Made by a program: the position numbers and the translations under genes | Notes under the pieces: generated by a model | Databases searched by the model: none | The model's input: the letters and a program-made list of their open reading frames with translations, nothing else | What the model was told of the DNA's origin: nothing | Assembly: GCA_030704615.1 (NCBI GenBank) | Contig: CM060733.1 | Location: 26,970,001 to 27,034,000 of the forward strand | Origin: Takakia lepidozioides | Lineage: Eukaryota; Plantae; Bryophyta | DNA length: 64,000 nt | Direction of reading: 5' to 3' | Part shown: positions 38,283 through 51,226 of the stretch, piece after piece | Position numbering within the stretch: the stretch's first letter is position 1 | Layout: each line of letters starts with the position of its first letter

Positions 38283-39966
38283 CTATGAAGTGGAATGAAC
38301 GGGACCCACTAAAATTAGATTTCTACGAAGACTAGTTATGTAAAGAACGTTCTCGAGAGTTTTTAATTGCCCATTAGGGAAGTGAAAACTTACATCCCCC
38401 TTGTCTTGCACTGGGTGAGACTGTCCGCTAGCGGACTTGACATTCTGGCACTCTATAGGAGGCAATTTGATCTCGTCCAAGAGTTCTGCATTCCCAATCA
38501 CATGCTTTGAGGCCCCAATGTTAGAGTTCCAGGGATCTCCCTTCATTTTAGCGGACAAGATAGCAAGAGAAGAGCTCGGCTGCAAATGCTTGATCGATTT
38601 CACCTTGGGTAGGATGCTAATTCATCTTCCACAACGTTGGTCTAATTTTTCTATAATGTAAAAATGAGCACTTCACGAGACACTAGCGCCAATAGTGTCC
38701 AGGTTTCCCATACTTGTGACATGTGCCACGAGATGAATTTCCTCCAAAGGAAGTTCTGATTGATCCTCTGATTCTTCATCAAAGTCTGGAATCTGACCAA
38801 CCTAGCTTCTTCGTCGTTGAAGCGTCGAGATTTATTGAGATAATTGAGTCTGCTTTGTTTAAGCTGTAGACGTCCATTCAGCTCTTCCAGAGTATGAAGT
38901 ACTTTCTCATTGCTAATGACTTGGACAAAAGCTGTGAAGCTTTCTGTTAGTCCGTTGATGATCTGCTCCACAATGAGCTCATCACTAGGTTTTGCATCGA
39001 TCTCCGCTATTTGATGTAGTACGCTCTTTACTTCCACCATGAATTTCTCCACTAGTGTTCCCTCCTCCATTTTTAACTGGCTGAATTTGTTACAGATCAA
39101 AAGACATTGGGCATTGTTTGTAGTACCATAGAGAGTCTTCAAGATCTCCCAACACTCCTTTGGATTGGTAGCCTAAACCATGTATGGAATGATGTGATCT
39201 TTAACGGAAAGCTTCAAAATCGCCAAGCCAGCCTTGTGCTTGAGTTTTTTCAACGTTCCTTCGTCCAAATCTAGTGCCTCATCTGTGACGTCAAATGAGA
39301 TCCCAGAGGTCCTCATTTTTCCAAGATAGTCTGCATATTGAATTTCCGAATGGAGTAGTTGCTAGAACTATCCAATTTGTGAGTTTTAAAGATAGTAAAC
39401 TCTAGAGAAGATGTGGCCATGATAGCGAAAACAAATAAGCTACTACAGGTGCAAGATCAAAATCACATTCAAGGTGAACAGTGTAGGCAAAAGAGAAAAT
39501 AGCACATAAACAGAAAAACAGATGAGAATCGAAACTTGCCACCATACGAATACCGCAAAGTGAAGCTAGAATCCTCGTAACAATCTCTTATAAATACGTG
39601 ATCCCACTTCTAAGTTTGGACAACCGAAGGAGCAGTGCTCACTAGTTCCACCCATCAAGCGGAGCAACGCTCACACTCACACTCACCAAGGATCAGTCTT
39701 GGGTGTTATCCGGCTATGATACCATGAAGAAACACTCAGCAATGTATATCTAACTCAATATCTTACGCAGAGGGAAGACGGGGATATATAGGGACTGAGG
39801 CATTAATATTGAGTGGGATTGCCGAGAAGGATACCGGTGGTGGCAAGAATCCTAAGCTAAATGAATAGTTGTCTACCATTATATTCTAGCCGACACTATA
39901 TCCCTATATCTCATGTGCACTCTTTATGAACTATGGGCCTATATCTTGGTGTAAACTGTCCCAACA
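38283..39966 (-). mobile_element. Degenerate Ty1/Copia element 2 with 5' LTR (39725-39966) and tRNA-Met PBS (39712-39724)
   Basis: LTR TGTTGG...TTCA followed directly by TGGTATCATAGCC; gag KLDSSSNYSIRKF...KFSQLKMEEG...IINGLTESF; protease relic GASKHVIG...NVLYITSLRRNLILVG. No 3' LTR found. Confidence 0.85.
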
Positions 39967-41241
39967 GAATCACCGCCGTGAACAGAATCACCGCCGTGAA
40001 CCTCAACTCCCTCTGATGTGATGAGTCGCTATGAGTATTGGCTGAATATATCTAAAGTTCTATCAACAAGTCTTAGCACCCAATGAAAACTAATTATCCT
40101 AAAATATTTATATAGTCCAACCTCCTACGTTTTTGTAGTAGGGCTTTTATCCACAATGACCGCACTAGGTATGTGGACATCCCATGCTTTTGTACTATTG
40201 ACACAAATTGCAGCTTGGAGGTGGTAGGATGCCGAGAGTCAAAGAATGGAAAGGAAAAGATGGAATGGAGCCTTAAAATGCCTAAAACCGTCAGGCCCAA
40301 TTGGCTGGATTCCATCCTGCAAAGAAGAAATGGGACTTTGAAAGACTAGGAACTGTTGATAGAATTCCCCGTTTTTTGGTGGAAAAGTGCTCTCAACCCT
40401 CCGCACATCCTCACCTAATTTCATCCCCAAGCATTCTCATAGAGCCCAACGGACAAAGCTACAAAGAGCCAGCCACTCATAATCTTGCTCCATGTTGCCA
40501 AAAAGGGCCTCACCAAGAAGGACATGCGTGAGAAGCCGTGATCAATGCATTTCAGATCAATTGTATGTCAAAGCTATAGAATTCACCACATTATACTTGC
40601 ATTTGCTTGGCCCTTGCTTGGACCCCCTTCAGCGAGGGAGGGGGCACCATAGCCTCTCTAGTTAACAAAAATTTGAAATTGTTGAGGTAACTATTGTAAT
40701 TACCTTCAGGAAGGTAATCTTGGTTCAATAATCAAGGGCAATAGTAGTCGTTGATCCATCCTCTGGTGGGTTGCTTCTGTTAGGCAAATTAGTGAAGAGG
40801 TCCAAGTGTTTGAAACAGTTTCTGACTGGTGCGCGTGGAAGAGTTTCTGAGGAGCGATTTCAGAAGACTCGATTCAGAACAGGTGGCTGCGCCTTGGCTA
40901 AAGTAGTTGGGGGAGCAGCCAAGTGTGCTCCTTCCATGTGTTGCATTGCACGAAATCTGAGATCGCCCATCCAGGCTGGGCACCTGGCTCATCTCCTACC
41001 CGCTCCGCCTCAGCTTCTGCTCCAATCCTGCTCTTCCTTCCATCTCCGATCGCAAAATTGCCCACTTGTCAGAACAGTTCACGTACACTTGGCAAGCTTT
41101 CTTCTGGTTTCCTGTACAATATTAGAGTCCATTCCTTACACCGTGCCCACAGATCGTTCAAGCCTCCTACTGCGCTTCCTATCTCACTTGTGAATATTGA
41201 TCAAACGTCTCTGCCAGTGCAAATTGTTCTGGGTTGTCTCA

Positions 41242-42330
41242 ATGGCCTGCACCATGAATGCAGCATCCATGATCGTGGTTCAACAAGGATCACCTGTGGC
41301 ACCCAGCAGCTCAAGGAAGCTGGCGTCTATCAGCTCTGTGAAGTACTTCAACAACGGCGGCCTGCACATGACAGTGGCAACCCGAAGGTCGCACGCAGGA
41401 TCTATCGCACGGCCGCTTCGTGTGCGAGCTGAGGATGAGGTAGTGTTCTAAAAATTCACTGAGTACAATCTCATATAGACTGCTTGGGTGGGTAGAGTCG
41501 TGGGAACAAACCTCGTGTAAACGTTGGCAACGGCGTTGTTGTCAGAGTATTTGCTTAGAACAGTGCTCGGTACAACGTAGCTTCCGCATGGTGTGTTTAA
41601 CTGTTCTCCTCACTACACATTGTGCTCTCTTTGTGTGATGAGCATGTCGACACTTACGACTCTGCTGATTGTGGCCGTTGTACTGCATGACCTGCACTGG
41701 TCCTCTCCAGAGTGTAGTGGAGAAGATTCAGAAAGGAGTGGAGGATGCGGGCAAGAAACTCCAAGAGACTGTGGCTGGCGCTAGTCCCAAGACCAATAAG
41801 CCCGCAGAGACAGACTCGTGGGGTGTTGGGCATGACGTGAGCTCGACAGGAGGGCTGACTGACAAGGCCAAGGAAGCAGCTGCTAAGTCAGCTGACACCA
41901 CAACCAGCGTTATGGTATGTTGCCTCCCTTCATGAGTTTTGTGGGCTTCTTCTGCTGCGAAGACGCATGCATGATGTGCTAGACGGGCATGTGTACATAT
42001 TATGGTTGCATCTGATTTTCACTGTTGGGAAAACTGTGAACTCCATCATCGCAAGCTTCTTCAGACTGTGAGTGTGAGGGATCGTCGGAGCAGCAGCAGA
42101 ACGTACTTAAATTCTACTACTGTTGCTCCACCATTGCAAACATCTCCAGTACTTCTGTGATAAGCTTGCAAATCCAGCAACCATGTTAGCTTTGGCAGTG
42201 ACAGTGTGTGTAATCATGTGAACAGGACAAGTTGCAGGACGCAGGGCGAGACTTGCGGAGTAAAACTGGAGATGTAGTATACGGGGCGAAAAGAAATGCT
42301 GGAAATGTGGATCCAGATGCCACCGAGTAA
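41242..42330 (+). CDS. Plastid-targeted hydrophilic LEA-like protein, 168 aa. Exons 41242-41439, 41711-41914, 42226-42330
   Basis: Ser/Arg-rich transit peptide ending RPLRVRA, then an A/K/E/D/T-rich helical body (VEKIQKGVEDAGKKLQE, TDKAKEAAAKS, DKLQDAGRDLRSKTGD); phase-0 GT-AG joins. Confidence 0.78.
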
Positions 42331-44312
42331 AAGCTTCCAGGCTCAGACCGAGTATACAAAGGGGAAGAAGTGAAGAACCGACAGTCAAATCTCGCCTGTA
42401 AATTAGATGTTTGTTTCTTTGTAGGATTGTGAAATCTTGATGTCAATTATTTATATTTCATGCACAGTTTTTCCGAACTACTTTAGCGGAGGGTTTGACA
42501 GTACTCTAAAAGAAGATGCTGTACTCTTTTTGCTTTTAGAGTTTTAACTCCTTCACAAGCTGCTACAAGTTGCTAGAGTGAAGGAGAAAAACTTTCTGTG
42601 TACTGTATTGAGTTTGAACATATCGATCTTGTGAAAATTTCGTTGGTTTTGTAATACCAATTTGTGAAGTACTAACATTGGGCATATATCTGCATCAGGT
42701 ATGGGTGCAAGGTTCCACCCACCATGTACACTCAGTTGAGGGTGTGTATGTGTTATCCAAGTTTTCGTATATTAGACACGTTCTCAACAACACATTATAT
42801 CCTGCCACATCCACACAGAAGAGTCATGGTTTTCTTCTACTTTTATTCACGGAAGTAGAAGGGTTGAAACTAGCTTTCAAACTTTCATTGTCACAACATC
42901 TCCAAAGAAAATATGTACATGCACAAACCTGGAACACAGCTGAAGTGTGACACTTTCCAGAAGGATTGTATGACAACACCCACCGTCTTTCCCCATATCC
43001 ACACTTCTTGTAACGTTAATCAGCACCTTGAGACAAAGCGATAATAGTCACAGTGACATTGACTAATCAACAGCATGGTCATTTTCTGTCAAAATCAACT
43101 GCAAACAGTATAAAAGTATACAGGGGTCTTTGACTACAAATTGGATGGTTCTCGGGATAGTTGGGCTGACAAAATATGAAGTAAAGCAAACAAACTTTGC
43201 AACAGCTAACTACATGATAGCTACTGCTAATGTTTAAGCATTTCAAAGTTTCAGCAAATATTTCATTACTCTTCAACCCAAACTCTATGACCATCAACAT
43301 TTAATAATGGAAATCTCACCTATGAAATCTACATGAGCAAACTTGATTTGGTCTAATAAAAATATTTACAATTGTCATCTGGTCTTATATGGAAGTTGCT
43401 TCCTTCTTGTTTCCCTCACCTATGCAAGCATAAACATTTCATATGCTTGAACTTACACACGAACCAAAATTGCAACTTGACAGCCCCTATTCGACAAAGA
43501 ATTGCAGACAGTGCGATGGCAATCCAGTGAAGGTAGCAACAACAAGCTTTATGAAACATCAAAGAGGGACACCAACAGTAGAAATAATGTGCAATCAGGT
43601 AAATGCAGGGTTCATATACCACTGGCTCTGTACACTCTCACAAGAAACACGCAGACACTGCTGTAAAATTCTTCTAGAGATTGTAGACGAAACAGACATT
43701 ACTGATAGAAACGCAAATTGAAATCCAGAACCTGAGTGACAACTGAACCCTTGCCAAAAGAAAGGAAAAATGCTTACTACATCAGCAGAAGGCAAAGAGA
43801 GAATGTACTCATAAGGCAGTTGTTTGCACTAGCCTTTGCCTCCGGCCGGAGGCAAGAGAGAGACATAGAGGTTCTAACAGTGACAAGTAATAGTGCTCCA
43901 CAACTCGACCTATAAAGCAGGCGAATATCTCCTGAAAAATTTAGAGACTAACAAAGATAGATGAATCTGCATCTTGCATATCCAGAAAGGATCCCTCTTA
44001 TCCCAGGTTGACAAAAATGTATGAATGAGCAGGTAAATATGGACATTCAAAAAATAAGATATTCATACAAGAGGGTTGGTTCAAAAGTGCTTCCAAAATT
44101 TCTTAGAATATATTCTCTCCTCTATCTTTTTGAGGGGCTTGCAGGATGTTGGTTGGGATCTCTAATCCCCCCACTGCAGAATTGCCTTGGCAGTGTCCAG
44201 ACTAATAACTGTACAGTTGTGCATCTGTTTCACACCAAATATTAACCCTCCAGATAACGTTTGGTGGTATATAGGACTAACTGCTTGAAGGCAAAGGGTG
44301 AGCAGATCACCC

Positions 44313-45956
44313 CTAGTAGTATGATGAACGACGGAATGGGAGACAACAACAGTGACTCCATCGACGCCGTCGTCTTAGGTAGCGCGGGTCAGCCTTTGCC
44401 ATCCTCACAGGGCTACTATTCCATTCAGAGGCCAATCTGCGTACACACCAAAATCACTCCAGGTAAAGAATATGAATCAAAACACAGCTACAAAGTTTCA
44501 TCGTCACTCAGCCCATCAAGTCATAAAAACTCATTCTGACCATGGAAAGTATGTAAGATGCCAAAAGTACTCACACTGGAAATGCAAAAGACCTTGTGCT
44601 GGCAGAACTGCTGTCAGACCGGCCGGAGATGCTTCTGGAGTAAGCCCAGCTTGATCCACTATGCATTGTTGTTTCAGAAGAGGGTCCAGGGTACAAGTGA
44701 GGATTTTCTTCCCTAATAGTGAATGATCCACTGCTGCTTCTTGAGGAATCTCCTATTATGTCTGCAGCCTGCATTCTTGAATAACTGTCTGCTGAGACAG
44801 CTGGAAGAATTTGGACAGTACGAGGAGAAGACAAAGTGGTTGTCTCCTCAGTGACTAATATTGAGCCCAAGCCAGTCCCCTCAGCAGCAGTCTGCTTGTC
44901 TTCATTTATTGGGGTTGCATAAACACCTGATGATGATGCAGGCAGACCCATTACTTGCATAGATTTTTCAGGTGCACAGTCAGTCTCTCCAACCTCAACT
45001 GTTGGCACTGAGCTTTTCACAACTTTTAGACTCTTTGGTGCAATATTCTCTTTCTCTGGATCATCAACCTGAAACATCACACCTCCTCCCATTTTCAAAC
45101 CAACCAATAGTTCTCTGGATACAGCATCTCCTTCCGAGTCCTGCTGCTTGGCATCTGCAATCTCGGGTGTAGGGTTCAAATATAAGGTTGACTCAGGAAC
45201 AAATGACTCCAGCACAGCTTTCCAAATGATAGGGTCTTCCTCCACATGAGACTGCCCATTGCATGGAGGAGCTCTGAGCAATGCACTTTCGTCTTCCATT
45301 TCCTGAGAAAAGTTGCCTCCCTTCGTGACCTTTGTGTGCTGCTCTGCCTCAGGCTGGTCATGCAGTAGGGTCTTCTCCTCAAAAAAGAGAGCAGGTTGTC
45401 TAGGTATCTGAATGCGTAAACTATCAGTCCTAGACTTTGCTGATGCAACCATAGCAGGTTCTGTAGGACACAGTTGCCTTGGCTGCCTCCAATCTGAAGG
45501 AAGGGCAACTCCCTTCAAGACCAGCAAGTCCTCTGAATCTTTTGCGAGACATTCCCCAACACCTCCCTGCCAATCTTTGTTCCCGATGTTGATAGCAAGG
45601 GTTAGCTCACTGGAAAGTGACTCCTTTATGGAGTCCAAAGTGCCACAATTCCCACCAGAGGATGCATGAAAAGGCAGCCGCCGCAGCCTCTTTATGTGGA
45701 AAGAAGGGAGATTATCCTCATCGCTTTCTTGGTTGGTGTTCTCTGAGGGAGGACCAAGAGTGTTCATGGGGCTTCCGTTATCATGTTTGGTAGTGACACC
45801 TTTGTCTTCCTCATACCCATTATCCAGGCCTTCCTTTGACAAATCTTGAAGCGCATCAACTTTACAGAATTCGGCAATTTTCTTTTGTTCTGTACCAGCT
45901 TCCTGGCTTTCCCTAACAGGTAAAGAGCTTGGACGTGCTTCCTCTCCATTAGTCAT
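44313..45956 (-). CDS. Disordered protein with a BASL-like / gar2-related C-terminal motif. Exons 45956-44575 and 44436-44313
   Basis: C-terminus SISGRSDSSSASTRSFAFPV|LASEWNSSPVRMAKADPRYLRRRRRWSHCCCLPF. First in-frame ATG is at 45956; a different upstream coding exon cannot be excluded. Confidence 0.82.
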
Positions 45957-47819
45957 CTGAGAGGCCTCTGGCTCACGCCCAGTTATTAGATACTTGGCGC
46001 TCACTGTGTCAGCAATCAGAAGTTGTCTTCATGCACCTCAGTCTGTGTAAGATTCTCTCTAACAGCAGCATCTCTCTTTATCTTTGCCAAAGCTGTACCC
46101 ATCTGGATCTAAGTCCACTAACAAAAAATGGGGTGTTGACATTAACCTTTACATCGGTAAAAGCAAATGGTCAGACTGACATTTATATCAGAATTGAGTC
46201 CTACACACTCAAATCAAGTAGGAAGCCCTCCATAATGGCCCACCCGAAGGAGTCTCTGGGTCTCCAACGACGAACAACGCCATCTTCATTGTCGATCGCA
46301 AAAGGACCCTGTGTTTCATGAATCAGCACAATTACAAACAAGCCAACAATGAGCACTTGTGATATGTAGCTCTGCCGCTCCCGTTTCTCATTTTGTTAAT
46401 AAATGAGCTTACCCTGAGAAATAATGCACTGTCATGAAGACACGTACTGATAAACCACTCATTCATAACATCTAGAACACATCACCATGAAAATTGTCGC
46501 TCTTATCTTTATACGAGGTTTCCTAGTAGACGAAAGAGCTCGAACAAAAACTCAAGAAAAGGTACTTGTTTTGAATATATGAAGGATGTAGTCACAGTGC
46601 AGAATTATTGAAGTGTACAAAAGCTTGCGAAATTAATACATCGCAAGAACTTCTGAAGACTTCGATTGCCAGCCGAAAAGTGTGGAGACACAGTCTGGTT
46701 GAAAATCCTTCTGCGAGGTAAACATCTAAAAATACAAACACGCGCGCGAGGTGGTTTAACACCTTACACACTCGACGGTGAGGCCAGACAGACTCACCTG
46801 GACACAGAAGCGATCTGGAAGAGGCGATCGCCTGAAGAAAATTATGCTTCAATGACCACGGAATATGGCACCTAGACTAAAACCTCCAATACACAGAGCT
46901 TCGAGCTAACGCGATTTCCAATCTCAGAACTTGCCAAGAAAAATTCCAGTGGAGACGCAATCCGGAGAGGTGCGAAGAAAATACATTCCTCTAATATCCA
47001 AAGCTTGTCCAAGGCGGTTACTCGTAAATAACAACTCAAACTAGACCATCTCGTAACGCCAATGTGACGGAAGAAGCGATGCAAATCTTGTATAAAAAAA
47101 GGCAGTTACTTGCGAAAATAACCTTCCAACCGAGAAATTGTGAGAACACGGAATGCTGGAATAAGCACGAGGAATTACAATCCAGCCAATGCACGCCTAG
47201 AGCATGATTTTCCGATCTTAGGCCTACAATCCACCGATATTATCACGCTATACAGGGAAAGACCTCGTAACGCCATCGCGAGAGCCTGAGTCTCGCCGAG
47301 CAGAAGATTCAACACAGCAATAGCAAAAGATACAAAGTCCGAGATTCAAGCTTAAATCACGGTAAAGACGTAAAGACTGCTCTAGCAAGAGCAACCTCCC
47401 ACCGCCATCGCCGATCATCCCTTCAGCTTCCCATCAACACCTCCATGCACCTGGGGCAGACGACAGCAGCCCCACTTCATAAAACCAAGGGCGAATATAC
47501 TAGTGAGTTCAGCTTACTAATAGTGAGTTTGGTGTCGCTAGTAAATCACTAGTAAGTTGTGAGCAGTAACTGACAACCTACTATCATGCGAACCCCCGCC
47601 TAAAGGGATAGTTTTGTCGGTTTTCAGGCGCCCACGTGTGGATACTTCAACCCGTCGGATCGTGGTCAAGGCTCATCGTGTCCGTTGTAATGGAAAGAGA
47701 GCGATATGTGTACAAGATCTGGCCCACCTTCATTAGTGAAAGGACGGACCGCTAAATGTTACCATACCTATTTTCATCCACGTAAGTATATTTAATATGT
47801 TATTTATACAATATTTAAA

Positions 47820-48017
47820 CCCGGTTACCGACCAGTGGCAACCCTGACGCACTGTACCCTGCACTCGTCAACGGCTCCTCGTCTTCCGTGGACTGAAGGG
47901 CCAGATATGGATGAAATCATGCTCCACATAATGTACTTACATGGATGATGTTGTCCAGTAAGGGACTTACATCCATCTGACATAGGAGGGTCCGTCACCC
48001 GGAAGTCGGTAGCCGTG
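47820..48017. mobile_element. Small MITE-like element with imperfect terminal inverted repeats
   Basis: Left cggttaccgac vs right gtcggtagccg (reverse complement cggctaccgac). Confidence 0.4.
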
Positions 48018-49534
48018 TAACGGAGACACGGCTCTTCACGGTCACAGTTTTAATCCGTCATTCATCACATCATCCAAAGAGCCATACGTAACTATAATGG
48101 TGATTATTTATTAACGATTATGAATTTGTGCTGAAGGAATTGAGATTTATTCCACCTTCTTCCGTTCATGCATTCCGTCATTAATTCTGTCCTCATACAC
48201 CCATGTAGTCATGTTTTTCCCTTGTAAGCCTTTTTTTTTTTTTTTTTTTTTTTCCCCCTTGTAAGCCTTTTCTCTCTTTATTACAAAAAATGCCTTTGAA
48301 AAAGAAAAAAGGCCGAAGCACTTTCCAATAAACATTTAATCATTTCTTTGGATGGGCCCAGTCGCACCTACCGTGATAGACTCAGGTACCTGACTCCATG
48401 GATGAAAATGGACTCGGTGACCAGTGCAAGGAGATGGATAGCGGCAACTCATCCATCCACTCACACTGATTACCGGACATAACCGGGATGCACATGGATA
48501 AAAAGTGAATGGATATGAACAGATGCTGCTGCTAACGGATGAAAAAGAGCCCATCCATAACAAACCCATGACCCAGATCCAACTGGCAACATGAGTACAA
48601 AAGAAAATATCTGCAAAAGTGAATAAGTTAATCCTGGGGCCAACCCTTTTCAGAACTTCAAGTGACCTGCAGATGGAATAAATGATTATGAAGGACCAAA
48701 CAAATTCTAAAACAATTAAAAACAAATTGGAGAAATCATGTGAGGGGATTGGCAGAGGGGAGTAGGCCCAAGCCTGATGTCATGGATACTTTTTGCTGAG
48801 GTGGCGGGATGGGGGAGGTGCATGGTACATTTTGTTTGGAGACAAATACTGTTGCAGGGTTGGCTCCAATTGAATGCAAAGGAGGAGCGCCACCTGACAT
48901 AACCAATACTAAAGTCCCTGGCTCTGTACGGCTGTTTCTTTTTTTTTCTGTACGGCTGTTTCTCATAAACAATTTTAATTTAAATGAAGAAGCTATAGAA
49001 CTATTGTGTTTAAAGAAAAAGAAAAAAACTCTTGTCAATGCAGGCTGCCACTTTGCCCTAAGTTAATGGCTGTTACAACTTCTCTAAATAACACCGGATT
49101 GGTTGTGCAAGAATTAATGATGAGGAAATGGATGAAAATGACCATGGAAGAGGATGAAAACTATAAGGTACTAACATAAGTGCATAATGTTATGAGTTTT
49201 ATTTTTCATTTTATTGGCCATGCCTTCCTAAGGTAGAACTACGCAAAAGATTATGCTTCAGCTGAATTTGCGTCTTCTTCTGGGTGTTCACCTAAAGAGT
49301 CATTGCAAATATCAATACGAACTGGTCGAGTAACTGGTGGACCATAAGCTGAAGCAGCCAACGATTGCAAAGACTGTACATCTGAATTGGTGTCAAGCAC
49401 AAATGCATCAGTCAGAACTGTCTTAGAAGCTGCACATATGGGAGCCTCAACTTGGAGCTTCAGTTCGGTGTGCACTGTTGTGTCTGTTTGAGACTGTGAT
49501 TGCGCTTGTGATTCCACAAGTGAGCAGATCATAC

Positions 49535-50820
49535 ACATACATACTATAAGTTGATTGTGGTTATGAAGTCCCCAACCTCTGGGGTTCTAGCATTTGCAGC
49601 TTGCATGCTATCAATGTGCAGAACAAATGTGATGGAGAGAAACTTACCCCTACCGAAACACGGCCTTCAGTTCCAATTGCATGACAGGGTGTTGTGAAAG
49701 CTGATTACCGCAGAATGAGTGCATGTGGAATGCCCCTCCTGCTAGAATGAATGCAATGCCACCACCACCAAGATTGCTGCCGATCCTGGAACCCATAAAC
49801 CACAGTCCAGTTTCGGGCTCCTTATGAGAAAACCTTCCTGCTGCAACAAATTGTAAGGTAGAAGCTCATGTACTCACCATGGTATCAAGAATTGACACTT
49901 GGTTTGCATGGCCCTATCTATGTAGATGTGAAGGGTCACATGCCCCACTCCATCTTGTTGGAAAACCACTTACGTGTGGTCGGGCTAGGGATTGAACCTA
50001 GGACCTCCCCCATTCCGATGGGGTGCTCTACCACTGAGCTATCTGTCCCATTCTGTTCTCAAAGTGTCGTGCAAGGGCTATCACCTTGACACTCCAACAC
50101 AACTTGTACATACAAGATTGAGCCACTTGCCTTTACATGCATCATTTGGATAACACGCAGAAGTGATAAAGGGACTCTGGTCCATGGTATGCAAGTGATT
50201 GAGTGGTATGGCTATACAAGCCAAATGGTAGAGATTGACATGGAAACGTGGATGGATTGCAGTTCCAATCAAGCACAAAATTTTGCAATATCACATACCA
50301 TAGGCCACAATTCTGAATAGCTGATAAACAATCGATCCACTCCTGAAGCGTGTTGAACTTAAGAAAGCCCTGCTAGCCACCAATCTAATGCAACATCACA
50401 TGACCTCTATCACTGATGCATGCATATAACCATTCTACTTGAGATTTAAATGGATTTGATGTTCTTCATGCCCTCAATTGTGCACTGAGCAACAACAAGA
50501 CAAGAGACTTCCCCATTATAAACAAACTTGCATACCTGTTACAAAAGGTTTTAAGTGGATCAGATATAGGGTCAGTGTGCAATTAGGTTGGATGTTCTAA
50601 TGGCACCCACCTTCTTCGATATTCCCAAATGCCAGCACATGTCATTTCAAGTTTTGAAACGTCTCAAAAAATTAAAGTTCTTGCTAGCTGTAGAACATGT
50701 TTTCAACTGCCCCACGCCAATGGATAGTTAATGGATATGTCACACCTGTCATGGAATTAACATGCCTCTCCTCCTGCGCAAGCCTTGCAACTGGCGTAAT
50801 GTAGCTGGGCTCCACTAAAC
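49535..50820 (-). pseudogene. Spliced relic resembling a TET/JBP-type 2OG-Fe(II) dioxygenase. Exons about 50820-50536, 50369-50131, 49840-49648, and from about 49545
   Basis: Reconstructed with frameshifts: LPFGLYSHTTQSLAY..DQSPFITSACY...AGRFSHKEPETGLWF...GGGIAFILARRGIPHAL...GRVSVG|YV. Distal His and R-x-S strand are present; HxD is not intact. Confidence 0.4.
49977..50048 (-). pseudogene. tRNA-like cloverleaf inside a 179-bp TG...CA unit (49921-50099)
   Basis: GGACAGA TA GCTC AGTGGTA GAGC A CCCCA TCGGAA TGGGG GAGGTC CTAGG TTCAATC CCTAG CCCGACC A. D, anticodon and T stems pair; acceptor stem has 3 mismatches; anticodon loop has 6 nt. Confidence 0.75.
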
Positions 50821-51008
50821 TCCAAATGCAAGCAGTTCGAGCTCGAGCTTCGCAGCTATGGCGTCCTCGCTGCCTCGACGGCCAGTTCCAGTGGCGCTTG
50901 GCAGGCAGCTCGCGGGATAACCTTCGTTAGCCATTGCTAACTTTTAGCCATAAGTGTGGCCGCTCTCTAACCCGGGCTAACTAACCATTTGTTGGGCCAT
51001 GGAGGCAT

Positions 51009-51226
51009 CAATAACATATTTAGGCTTCGGCATTTGATCGTATAGTCTTACCAGAGATGGAGCCATTTTTGTGGTTACAGTGCCAAATATGTCTTATCGA
51101 CGGGGTCAGCTTGTAGATAGGACTAGATATTGGTACCAAGTCATAGCGATCAAAGTCGAATCGTGAACCGATTAATGAAGCAAATTTGATGAAACAACGA
51201 CTAATATCATAGGGAAATGACCATAA
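51009..51226 (-). pseudogene. ndhK: Nuclear plastid DNA fragment (NUPT) of ndhK
   Basis: [64 protein letters not shown] vs canonical Ndh[71 protein letters not shown]. Confidence 0.92.

Noticed and set aside
49977-50048. Functional tRNA gene
   Set aside because: Acceptor stem has three mismatches and the anticodon loop has only 6 nt.
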